Shown here one piece after another: positions 44,026-52,653 of a DNA stretch of 64,000 bases. The translations under genes were made by a program, and so were the position numbers. The notes below the pieces were generated by a model. It was given only the letters and a program-made list of their open reading frames with translations, made no database searches and had not been told where the DNA came from. Source of the stretch: an uncultured Acidimicrobiia bacterium (lineage in GTDB: Bacteria > Actinomycetota > Acidimicrobiia > Acidimicrobiales > AC-14); the NCBI GenBank assembly GCA_963836205.1, contig CAWIIV010000015.1, positions 1 through 64,000 of the forward strand, given 5' to 3'. Numbering within the stretch: the stretch's first letter is position 1; each line of letters starts with the position of its first letter.

Positions 44026-44942
44026 GAGCGCTGGTCACGGGGGTCGGCGGGTTTGTCGGCGCCCACCTGGCGGCCCGCCTGGTCGGTGAGGGGTGGGACG
44101 TCACCGGCACCGTCCGCCCCGGAAGCCCGCCCTGGCGGCTGGCCGCCCTCGGGGTGGGCGACGGGCTCACCATCGTCGAGGCCGACCTGGCCGATCCCGT
44201 GGCCGCGGCCGCCGCGGCCCGAGCCGCCGACGCCGACGTCGCCTTCCTCCTCGCCGCCTCCCGGGCCGCGGAGACGCCCGCCGACCGGGCCGCCACCGCC
44301 GCCCTCAACGGGACGAGCCCGCTGTGGCTGGTCGACGCCCTCCCCGACCACTGCCGGGCCGTCGTGCGCCTGGGCTCGTCCACCGAATACGCCGAGGTCG
44401 ACGCGCCGATGGACGAACGCACGCCCCTGCGGCCGCGGGGCTTCTTCGGGGCCACCAAGGCCACCGGCTCCCTCCTCACGGTGGCCGCCGCCGACCGGCG
44501 GGGCCTGCGGTCGGCGGTGGTGCGGGCGTTCCAGGTCTACGGGCCCCACGACCATCCCGGCCGGCTGGTGCCGAGCGCGCTCGACGCCGCCCGCCGCGGG
44601 TCTCCCCTCCCCCTCACCGCCCCCGGCCGGCGGCGGGACTGGGTCTACGTCGACGACGTGGTGGAGGCGTGCGTGCGGGTGGCGCGGGCCGATCACCTGG
44701 CGCCGGGCCAGGTGCTCAACGTCGGCACCGGCCGCCAGGTGGCCAACGAGGAGCTGGTGGCCGAGGTCGAGCGGGTGACGGGGCGCCGGGTGGCCATCGA
44801 CGCCCACGCCCACCCGGGACGCTCGTGGGACGCGTCGTCGTGGGTGTGCGATCCGACCCTTGCCCGCACCCTGCTCGGATGGGAGGCCAAGGTCGACCTG
44901 GCCGACGGGCTGGCCCGGTGCTGGGAGGTCGTCGACCGATGA
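44022..44942 (+). CDS. NAD-dependent epimerase/dehydratase (extended SDR)
   Basis: TGVGGFVG, GSSTEY, FGATK (YxxxK with Y to F), VYGP, RDWVYVDDV. Confidence 0.88.
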   Translation: MRALVTGVGGFVGAHLAARLVGEGWDVTGTVRPGSPPWRLAALGVGDGLTIVEADLADPVAAAAAARAADADVAFLLAASRAAETPADRAATAALNGTSPLWLVDALPDHCRAVVRLGSSTEYAEVDAPMDERTPLRPRGFFGATKATGSLLTVAAADRRGLRSAVVRAFQVYGPHDHPGRLVPSALDAARRGSPLPLTAPGRRRDWVYVDDVVEACVRVARADHLAPGQVLNVGTGRQVANEELVAEVERVTGRRVAIDAHAHPGRSWDASSWVCDPTLARTLLGWEAKVDLADGLARCWEVVDR

Positions 44943-45706
44943 CGGCCCCGGCCGCTGTCGATGCAGCCGCCGTCGACGTGGCCGCCGTCGATGTGGTTGT
45001 CGTCACCCCCGTCCACGGCAACGAGGCCACCCTCCCCGAGCTGGTCCGCCGGCTGGTCGTCGCCCTCGACGGCCGGACGTGGCGGCTGCGAATGGTGGTC
45101 GACGCCTCGCCCGACGCCAGCCTGGCCGTGGCCCGAAGCCTGGCCGCCCTCGACCCCCGCATCGCCGTCACCGCCCTCGACCGCAACGTCGGCCAGCACC
45201 GGGCCCTCGCCCGGGGCCTGGCCGCCGAGGACGAGGCCACCGCCACCGCCGCGGCCTGGGTGTGCCTCGACGCCGACCTCCAGGACCCCCCCGAGGCGGT
45301 GCCCGTCCTCCTCCGGCGCCTGGCCGGGGGCGACGTGGGCGCCGTCTTCGCCGGCCGCCGGGGTGCCTACGAGAGCCGCGCCCGGATGCTCACCGGCCGC
45401 CTCCACCGGGCGGCCCTCGGACGGGTCACGGGGCTGCCAGCCGACGCGGGCGCGTTCGTGGCCATGGGGCCGGCCGCCCGCCGGGCCGTGCTCGACCTGG
45501 GCGGGCCCAGCATCGTGGCCGCGATCGGGGCGTCGGGCGTGCCGGTGGCGTCGGTGCCGGTCGAGCGCGATCGGCGGCCGTCGGGCCATTCGTCGTGGTC
45601 GGCGGCCGGTCGTGCGCGCCAGTCGGCCCGCACCCTGGCCTGGGCCGCGGCCCACCGCCGTCAGGCGGACGCCGCCTCCCAGCGCTGGACGAGCGTGTCC
45701 GAGTAG
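44939..45706 (+). CDS. GT2 polyprenol-phosphate glycosyltransferase-like (ArnC/GtrB type)
   Basis: VTPVHGNE, VDASPD, RNVGQH, DADLQDPP. Confidence 0.85.
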   Translation: MTAPAAVDAAAVDVAAVDVVVVTPVHGNEATLPELVRRLVVALDGRTWRLRMVVDASPDASLAVARSLAALDPRIAVTALDRNVGQHRALARGLAAEDEATATAAAWVCLDADLQDPPEAVPVLLRRLAGGDVGAVFAGRRGAYESRARMLTGRLHRAALGRVTGLPADAGAFVAMGPAARRAVLDLGGPSIVAAIGASGVPVASVPVERDRRPSGHSSWSAAGRARQSARTLAWAAAHRRQADAASQRWTSVSE

Positions 45707-47082
45707 CGACCCGCGAACCGCAGCTCCTCCGACACCCGCAGGCCCCGCCCCCCGAGGTCGACGTCGAGCGCCTCCAGCTTCTCCCGATCGCCCTTCACCC
45801 CTCCCTTGGCCCGCCGCACCACCCAGACCGTGTCGGACGGGGGGACCGCGGCCGGCGGCAGCACCATGTCGGCGGCCAGGTCGGGATGGCCGGCCCGGAC
45901 GTAGTGGTCGACGCCGAGGGCGTCCCACCGGGCGGCGGCCACCACCGGTTGCCCCTCGACGTGGGCGGCGGCGACGGCGGCGACTGCGGCCCGGACGTCC
46001 TCCTTGGGCCCCAGGCGGGTCTCCGCCACCGTCGCCCACAGCGACGCCCCCAGCATCACGGCCAGGGCGACCGGCAGCAGGCGGCGGGGTGCCCGCGTGA
46101 TGCCCAGGGCCACCAGCACGGCCAGCCCCAGCACCGACGGGAGCAGGTAGCGGTCGACGAACACCGGCCGCACCGCCTCCAGCACCGTGACCGCCGCCAC
46201 CGGCACCGCGAACCAGCACGTGGCCAGCACCGTCACGTCCCGCCGCCCTCGGGTACGGATCCCGGCCAATCCCACTGCCGCGGCCATGACGGTGAGCGCC
46301 ACCAGCGGCCACCGTCCACCCGCCCACGACGTCAGCAACAGGCCGGGCACCGCCCCCCCGACGTCGGACAGCCACCACACGCCCGACGCGCCCACCCCGT
46401 TCCCGACGGCAACCGCCACCAGCGATAAGGCCGGTAGGGCGGCCACCGCCGTCGCCCCTACCAGCGGAACCGCCCGCCGCTGGCGGAGCACCACCGCCGC
46501 CACCGCCAGCCCGCCCAGCACCAGGAGGGCGAACCAGTGGGCCAGGCCGGCCGCCGCCCCCGCCGTCCCGTAGAGCAGGAGGGCGCGGGGCTCGTCGTCG
46601 AGCCACCGGGCCAGCCCCAGGGCGGCCAGGGAGACGGCGAGGAGGGCCAGCCCGTAGCCCCGGGCCTCGGCCGCGTACTGCACCACGAAGGGGTTGGTGG
46701 CCGCCACCAGTCCCGCCACCACCGCCAGCCCGGGCCCGGCCAGTCGACCGACGGTGCGGGCGAAGACGCCCACCGCCCCCACCGCCGCCACCAGCGACAG
46801 CAGCCGCAGCCCCACCTCGTCGGCCGGCAGACGGGTCACGGCGAGCCACAGGTGGGCGACCGCGTAATACGGCCCGTTGTACGACGGCGGGGCGTCCCGC
46901 AGGTAGGAGATGGTGCCCTCACCGTGGACGACCGCCGACAGCAGCCGGCCCAGGGGGACCGGCGCCACCTCCGCCGTGTACAGCTCGTCGTACCAGAGGC
47001 CGTGGTTGCGGGCCACGACCCACCCCCCGATCACCGCCAGCACCAGCGGGGGAAGCAGCCACCACCCGACCCGCGCCCACAC
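45661..47082 (-). CDS. GT-C (GT39/ArnT/PMT-like) membrane glycosyltransferase
   Basis: LWYDE, P.YY, LRLLS, EARGY, RYLLP; many TM helices. Confidence 0.82.
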   Translation of the reverse strand: MWARVGWWLLPPLVLAVIGGWVVARNHGLWYDELYTAEVAPVPLGRLLSAVVHGEGTISYLRDAPPSYNGPYYAVAHLWLAVTRLPADEVGLRLLSLVAAVGAVGVFARTVGRLAGPGLAVVAGLVAATNPFVVQYAAEARGYGLALLAVSLAALGLARWLDDEPRALLLYGTAGAAAGLAHWFALLVLGGLAVAAVVLRQRRAVPLVGATAVAALPALSLVAVAVGNGVGASGVWWLSDVGGAVPGLLLTSWAGGRWPLVALTVMAAAVGLAGIRTRGRRDVTVLATCWFAVPVAAVTVLEAVRPVFVDRYLLPSVLGLAVLVALGITRAPRRLLPVALAVMLGASLWATVAETRLGPKEDVRAAVAAVAAAHVEGQPVVAAARWDALGVDHYVRAGHPDLAADMVLPPAAVPPSDTVWVVRRAKGGVKGDREKLEALDVDLGGRGLRVSEELRFAGRYSDTLVQRWEAASA

Positions 47083-47143
47083 GCGGCCGAGGCGCCTTTC
47101 CTCAGGCGGGGTCGCAGATCGGGCGATTGGGTAGGTGACAGGC

Positions 47144-47872
47144 ATGGCAGTCACCCGCACACTTGCACGTCCCATGCTGGCCGCGATGTTCGTGTCCGGC
47201 GGCGTCGACCAGCTCCGGCGTCCCCAGACCAAGGTGGCGCAGGCGGAGAAGGTGGCCGAGCCCATCGCCCACGCCCTCCATCTCCCGGAGGACCCGAAGA
47301 CGCTGGTGCGCATCAACGGCGCCGTCCAGGTGGGAGCGGCGTCGATGCTCGCCCTGGGCAAGCTGCCCCGGGTGTCGGCTCTGGCGCTCGCGGCCTCGCT
47401 GGTACCCACCACGCTCGCCGGCCACCGCTTCTGGGAGGAGTACGAGCCCGGGCGGCGGACCACCCAACGCACTGCGTTCCTCAAGAACGTCTCCATGCTC
47501 GGTGGCCTGGTGCTGGCCGCCACCGACACCGAAGGCCGGCCGTCGCTCGGCTGGCGGGCCCGCCGGGCGACGTCGAAGGTGTCCCGGAAGGTCAGCCGCC
47601 GGTCGCACCAGACTTCGGCCAGGCTGGGCCAGGCGATGCACGAGGTGGAGAAGGCCGCCGAGACCGCCGCCCACCGGGTGGAGAAGGTGGCCCAGACTGC
47701 TGCCCACCGGGTGGAGAAGGCGGCCGACACCGGCGCCCACAAGGTGGCCGCCGTCGTCGGCCACTTGAGGCCGCTCGAGCTCGACCCGGACGCGACGATC
47801 CGGCCACCCCTCGAGGGATGGCCGGATCGAGAACGTCGCGGTTCTGGTTGTTGGGCTCGGCTCAGCCCTTGA
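47144..47872 (+). CDS. DoxX-family membrane protein with C-terminal 11-residue repeats
   Basis: ARPMLA.MFV.GG, PTTLAGHRFW, FLKNVSMLGGL, DTEGRPSL.WRA. Confidence 0.85.
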   Translation: MAVTRTLARPMLAAMFVSGGVDQLRRPQTKVAQAEKVAEPIAHALHLPEDPKTLVRINGAVQVGAASMLALGKLPRVSALALAASLVPTTLAGHRFWEEYEPGRRTTQRTAFLKNVSMLGGLVLAATDTEGRPSLGWRARRATSKVSRKVSRRSHQTSARLGQAMHEVEKAAETAAHRVEKVAQTAAHRVEKAADTGAHKVAAVVGHLRPLELDPDATIRPPLEGWPDRERRGSGCWARLSP

Positions 47873-48671
47873 GCTTGCCGATGGCCCCCATGGCCGCGTC
47901 CATCAGGTTGCCGCCACCGGCACCGCCGGTGAGGCCGCTGACCATGCCCATGGCCTGGTCGAGGAATGGCTTGACCATCTCGCCCGCCTGGCCCAGAATG
48001 GCCGTGGCGCCGCCGAGGTCGATGCCGGCGAGGCCGCCACCGCCGCCGCTGAGCAGGCCGGACGCCTGGTCGAGGAGCGGCTTGGCCATGCCTGTGGCCT
48101 TGCCCAGCAGGTCGCCGCCGCCGCCCCCGCTGATGAGGCCCATGCCCGACTCGAGCAGGGGCTTGGCCATCTCCTGGAGCTGGTTGAGCAGGTCGGAGGC
48201 TCCACCCAGTCCGCCGCTCATGAGGGTGTTGACTGCACCCGAGCTCTCGTCGAGCAGAGGCTTGACGACACCGGCGGCCTTGCTCAGCAGGGCGGTGACC
48301 CCTTCGAGGCCTCCGGCGCCGCCGAGCAATCCCGTGGCCTGTCCGAGGAGGGGCTTGACCATCTCCATGCCCTGGCCGAGGAGGGGCTTGGCCATCTGCA
48401 TGCCCTGGGAGATCATGGGGCCGGCCATGGCCTGGGCCTGCTCCATCATGGGAACGATGCTCTGGAGGTTGAGACCGCCCAGGTTGAGGCTGCCGAGCGC
48501 ACCCATCCCCGGGAGCCCGCTGAGGAAATCGAGCGGGTTGGCTCCACCGCCGCCTCCACCCGAGTCCTCGGCAGGCGGCCCCCCGCTCGCCGCTGCTTCT
48601 GACCTGGGCGCAGGCGCCTCCAGGCCCTTCTTGGATCGAGCTGCCGCGACCGCTTCCGACATTGAGCCCAT
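47862..48671 (-). CDS. Gly/Leu/Met-rich repeat protein (KPLLxQ repeats)
   Basis: SD AAGGAG; repeated (M/V)(A/V)KP(L/F)L units separated by poly-Gly. Confidence 0.75.
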   Translation of the reverse strand: MGSMSEAVAAARSKKGLEAPAPRSEAAASGGPPAEDSGGGGGGANPLDFLSGLPGMGALGSLNLGGLNLQSIVPMMEQAQAMAGPMISQGMQMAKPLLGQGMEMVKPLLGQATGLLGGAGGLEGVTALLSKAAGVVKPLLDESSGAVNTLMSGGLGGASDLLNQLQEMAKPLLESGMGLISGGGGGDLLGKATGMAKPLLDQASGLLSGGGGGLAGIDLGGATAILGQAGEMVKPFLDQAMGMVSGLTGGAGGGNLMDAAMGAIGKLKG

Positions 48672-48730
48672 CCCGGTCTCCTTTCCGGCGGGTTTCACGC
48701 CGAGTACGTGGGTGGCTATTCGCGTTCAAT

Positions 48731-49540
48731 CTATGTCTCTCCGGCGCGCCGCTCCAAGCTCTTGGGGTTGGAATTTGGCACGATGCGGACGATGTAGGTG
48801 CGAACGGCCGCCGGAAGCGGTCGATCGGGGTAGGCGTAGGTGAAGCAGAGGGTGGACGCGCCGAACGACTGGGCCGCCAGCCGGACCAACTGATGAGGGA
48901 AATCGCCGGGCTCGTACTCCTCGTCGACCACGGTGAGGGCCCGTCCCACCATCTCCATCCGCCACGCCTGGCGCTCGCCCGGAGGGATGGGGAGCCGGAG
49001 GTCGAAGGTGGAGTCGGCGGCCACGTCGAGGACCTTGAGTGATCGCTCGGTGGGCATGTCGAGCGGCGGCGGTCCCGGGATCATGACCTCGGGACCCTGG
49101 GCCGTGCCGTCGGCCTCGTCGTCGCCCGCTCGGGGGCGGAAGGGCCGGACCTCGAGGCTGGGGTCGTAGCCCTCGGGCGCCGGCTTCGGGAAGGGGTCGA
49201 TCCAGATGCGGCCGTCACGCTCCTCCACCGCGAAGCACGGGAGGTAGCCCGGCTTCAGCTTCCAGAGGTTCTCCCGCTTGGCGGTGCAGGCGGGCACCAC
49301 GTTGCTCCCGGTCTTGGGGTCGTAGAGGTAGCGGTGCCGGGGGCAGCTGACGAGGCCGTCGACGATGGTGGAGGTGTCGAGCTCGGTGACCTGGTGGGGA
49401 CAGGTGCCGTCGAAGGCCACCACCTCGCCGTCGGCCAACCGGGCCACCAGTACGTAGGTGTCGACCACCCGGACCCGGCGGATGGCGGTGTCGGCCCCTT
49501 CACCGGCGGGCAGCTCGTCGCTCCTCAACGTCGGGAACAC
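48731..49540 (-). CDS. Rieske [2Fe-2S] ferredoxin domain fused to a C-terminal beta-sandwich domain
   Basis: CPHQ...CPRH; -10 TAGACT 6 nt before GTG. Confidence 0.8.
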   Translation of the reverse strand: MFPTLRSDELPAGEGADTAIRRVRVVDTYVLVARLADGEVVAFDGTCPHQVTELDTSTIVDGLVSCPRHRYLYDPKTGSNVVPACTAKRENLWKLKPGYLPCFAVEERDGRIWIDPFPKPAPEGYDPSLEVRPFRPRAGDDEADGTAQGPEVMIPGPPPLDMPTERSLKVLDVAADSTFDLRLPIPPGERQAWRMEMVGRALTVVDEEYEPGDFPHQLVRLAAQSFGASTLCFTYAYPDRPLPAAVRTYIVRIVPNSNPKSLERRAGET

Positions 49541-49567
49541 CCAGGGAGTCTACGGACGCGGCCCGCG

Positions 49568-49804
49568 CTACCTGGTCGCCCGGCTCACGGCACGGCGCGA
49601 CCGCCAAGGCCGTGGCACCCAGAACAGGACCTCGCGGCCGGTCTCGATATGCGCGCCCAGCCGGGTCGCGGGAGGCGGCGTCAGCTCCCGCCAGCCGTCG
49701 GCGGCGGCGGCCTGGTGGACCCGGATGCCCGTCGGCTGGTAGTCGTCGGGTTCGGACGGCAGGGCAAGAGGCTCGGTGCCCGCCGGCGTTGCGTCGTCAC
49801 CCAT
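49568..49804 (-). CDS. Small hypothetical protein (78 aa) at the end of the radical SAM operon
   Basis: ATG 49804 overlaps the upstream stop by 8 nt; no motif. Confidence 0.4.
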   Translation of the reverse strand: MGDDATPAGTEPLALPSEPDDYQPTGIRVHQAAAADGWRELTPPPATRLGAHIETGREVLFWVPRPWRSRRAVSRATR

Positions 49805-51395
49805 AGGACGTACGAGCGGCCGTCGAGGTCGACAGGGAGTTCTCGGCGAGGAAGGCGGTGGCAGAGAAGGTGGGGCCGAGGAGCGCCCGGCCCAGCCGTT
49901 CCAGGGCCTCGAGCTCGGCCGGAGCGACGGAGCACGAGGTGACTCGGGTCGCCCGGGCGCCGAGGGCGCGGGCGTAGGAGCGCGCGATCCGTCTCGCCTC
50001 CTCCGGCGGGTTCCCGGGGCGGCCCTCGGCCAGGAGGCGGAGAAGGAGCTCGAGGGCACTGATGGTCGCCTCCGCCGGCGGGGGCGTTCGTTCGGCCGAG
50101 GCGGGGGTGACGGGGGCGTCGTCGAGGATCTCGACCTCGCCCGACCCGCCGTCGACGGCCACCCGCCTCCCGTCGAAGCGGGCGAGGGCGCCGTCGATCC
50201 CGCAGACGAACGGGACTCCGAGCTCCCGGCAGAGGATGGCGACGTGGCTGAGGGGAGACGCGTCCTGCTCCATGACGACGCCCGCGTGGCCGAGCACGAT
50301 CCCGAAGTCGGCCGTGGTCAGGCGGCCCACCAGTGCGATGCCCGGCCCGTCCCCGGAGCCCACCTCCCCCGCCCGGGCGTCGACAGCGGTTCCCACCGCC
50401 CGGCCCCCGGCGCACGCCCGTCCCCGCAGCCGGCCCGCGGCACCGGCACCGGCGTCGGCGTCGGCGCCGGTCGCCGAAGCCGCGGCCCGGTGGGTGATGG
50501 GCCGGCACTGCAGGATCACGGGCTCACCCCCGTCCCCCGGCAGGGCGAACTCCACGTCGACCTCGGCGTCGAGGTGCGCACCGAGGATCAAGGCGGCCCG
50601 GTGCACCGCTTCCAGGGACTCCCCCACCGCCGGGTCCCCGTCGATCCCTGACCACTGCTCGCCCTCGCGCCGGGCCCGCAACGTGGCCCGGGCCCCGTCG
50701 ACCAGGGCCGACGGTCCCTCGTCGCTCAGGTCGGCCAACGGTCCACCGAGACCGGTGAGGGGGTCGGCGCTCACGTACACGCCGTACCAGGCCGCCTCGA
50801 CCTGGGCCTGGAGGAGCACGGCGATGGAGAAGTCGACCGGCTCCGTCCGCAGCCGCAGGAGGTAGCGGATGGCGTCGGCGGAGAAGGCCGAGCGCCAGCA
50901 GCCGACGATGGCCGCCGCCACCGCCGCGGGCGAGGCCAGGTCGAGGGCGCTGACGAACACACCGGGGAAGGCGGCCGTGGGGCCATCCTCCATCGCCGCC
51001 GACGACCGGCAGACGACCCGGGGGTCGCCCAGCCGGGACCACGCGGCCTGGGCCGCGGCCGCGGCCTGAGCGTCCACCGCCGGGCAGAGCATCGCCTCTC
51101 GGATGGCGGCGGCCAGTTCGAGGACGTGGCGGGGGTCGAGGCGGAGGGCGGCGGTCTGGAGGTAGTCCGCCTGGCGGCCGACACCGGCCGCCTCCAGCGC
51201 GGCCCGGAACCGCTCCGCCGGCACCACCCACCCGCCCGGGGTCACCAGCCCGGCAGCCGCGGCCCAGCCCAGGAGGACGGCCTTGCGCCCCACCCTCGCC
51301 GCGGACTCCTCGGCGCAGTCCGCCAGCGGGAGCAGGCCCCCCGGGGCCACCTCCGGCTTCTGGTTCGGGACGGGCCGGCCGGCGGGTACCGTCAC
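49797..51395 (-). CDS. PEP-synthase/PPDK-like phosphotransferase: ATP-grasp + phospho-His swivel domain only
   Basis: GRKA, RSSAAMEDG..AFPG.F, LLQAQV, DVEFA, ILQCRPIT; SHVAILCRELGVP. Confidence 0.88.
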   Translation of the reverse strand: MTVPAGRPVPNQKPEVAPGGLLPLADCAEESAARVGRKAVLLGWAAAAGLVTPGGWVVPAERFRAALEAAGVGRQADYLQTAALRLDPRHVLELAAAIREAMLCPAVDAQAAAAAQAAWSRLGDPRVVCRSSAAMEDGPTAAFPGVFVSALDLASPAAVAAAIVGCWRSAFSADAIRYLLRLRTEPVDFSIAVLLQAQVEAAWYGVYVSADPLTGLGGPLADLSDEGPSALVDGARATLRARREGEQWSGIDGDPAVGESLEAVHRAALILGAHLDAEVDVEFALPGDGGEPVILQCRPITHRAAASATGADADAGAGAAGRLRGRACAGGRAVGTAVDARAGEVGSGDGPGIALVGRLTTADFGIVLGHAGVVMEQDASPLSHVAILCRELGVPFVCGIDGALARFDGRRVAVDGGSGEVEILDDAPVTPASAERTPPPAEATISALELLLRLLAEGRPGNPPEEARRIARSYARALGARATRVTSCSVAPAELEALERLGRALLGPTFSATAFLAENSLSTSTAARTSYG

Positions 51396-51405
51396 GTCGC
51401 CCGCA

Positions 51406-52653
51406 TCAGCGGGGGCGGCCGATCCAGGTGCAGAGGTAGTCCATGTGGACGAGGCGGGTCTCCGTCACGAGGGTCGGCCGCTGGGGGAACCCGTTCTCGG
51501 GTGCCTCCCGTGCCGGGCAGTAGGGGTCGGGGGCGCGGAAGCTGCGCTCGCCGGTGCCGTGGAGGTGGTACAGGTACGAGCGCCCGGCGCAGCCGCCGCC
51601 GCACTGGTCGAGCCGGGGGCAGCCGGCACAGCCCTCGACATGGTCGGGGTTGGCGTTGCGCTGGCGGAAGACCCGGAACTGAGGGCTGTGGATGATGTCG
51701 ATCAGGTCGTGTTCGAGCAGGTCGAGCGGCGCCTTGTAATCGTGCAGGTAGACGCACGGGCTCACGTGGATCCGGCCTTCGGGGGTGATCGAGTGGATGC
51801 GGAACGACGTGCGCCCGCACGGGCAGCGCTTGGCGTCCTGGTAGTCGGTGACCGACGCTATTGGGGGCTCGCCCAGGTCGATCGGCTGGCACAGCTCCAT
51901 CAGTCGTGAGAACCCGGCGTAGTACATGTCCGGGGGCAGGGCCACCTCCATGTGCTGGGGCTGCACCGGCTTCACCGGGTTGATGCGCACGTTGGCGTCG
52001 TAGCGCTTGGCCAGGGCGACCAGGGCCTCGATGTCGGCGATGGTGAAGTTCCACCGCATCCCGCACATGATGACGCTGTGGGGGGTGTCGTGGCGCTGGC
52101 AGATCTCGAGTGCCTCCAGGGCCTGGTGGTAGATCCGGGCGCCCCGGTTGCGGTTGTGGGCGTCCTCGTCGGGTGAGTCGAGGGAGACGTCGACGTCGTT
52201 GAGCCGGTCGAAGGCGGGACGGTGGTCGCGGTAGAGGCGCAGGATCGTGATCCCGCTGGTGGTGAGCCCGACGATGATCCCCGAGTCGGTCAGCCGCTCG
52301 ATGATGTAGGGCAGGAGGGTGGCCTTGGGGTTGGCCCCGTTGGTGAACAGCGGCTCGTTGCCACCGAGGTTCACCGTCTCCACCCCGTTGACCCGGAGTT
52401 GGTCGACGACCCGGTCGATCATGGCCACCGTCATGTCGGCCCCCTTCTGGCGGGCGTTCATGCTGTAGCAATGGGTGCAGCGGTAGGGGCAGTCGTTGCC
52501 CAGGGTCCACCCGATGTTGCGGATGGTGGGCGGCGCCTCGGGCAGGTCACCGAACTCGTGGGTGGGGCCGGTGTTCAGCCCGTAGTGGTCGAAGGCGTCG
52601 TAGCCGTTGGACACGTGGATGAGGGCTCGCCCGAGCAGGGGGTTGGCGGTCAT
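51406..52653 (-). CDS. Radical SAM/SPASM-domain enzyme
   Basis: CPYRCTHC, GGNEP; SPASM Cys array CPCG...PC...CAGC.....CGGGC...DPYC. Confidence 0.92.
   Translation of the reverse strand: MTANPLLGRALIHVSNGYDAFDHYGLNTGPTHEFGDLPEAPPTIRNIGWTLGNDCPYRCTHCYSMNARQKGADMTVAMIDRVVDQLRVNGVETVNLGGNEPLFTNGANPKATLLPYIIERLTDSGIIVGLTTSGITILRLYRDHRPAFDRLNDVDVSLDSPDEDAHNRNRGARIYHQALEALEICQRHDTPHSVIMCGMRWNFTIADIEALVALAKRYDANVRINPVKPVQPQHMEVALPPDMYYAGFSRLMELCQPIDLGEPPIASVTDYQDAKRCPCGRTSFRIHSITPEGRIHVSPCVYLHDYKAPLDLLEHDLIDIIHSPQFRVFRQRNANPDHVEGCAGCPRLDQCGGGCAGRSYLYHLHGTGERSFRAPDPYCPAREAPENGFPQRPTLVTETRLVHMDYLCTWIGRPR

Noticed and set aside
45661-48729. 1022-aa ORF as a single protein
   Set aside because: Only the last ~470 aa are a GT-C protein; the upstream part is read-through across the DoxX antisense strand and another frame of the repeat gene
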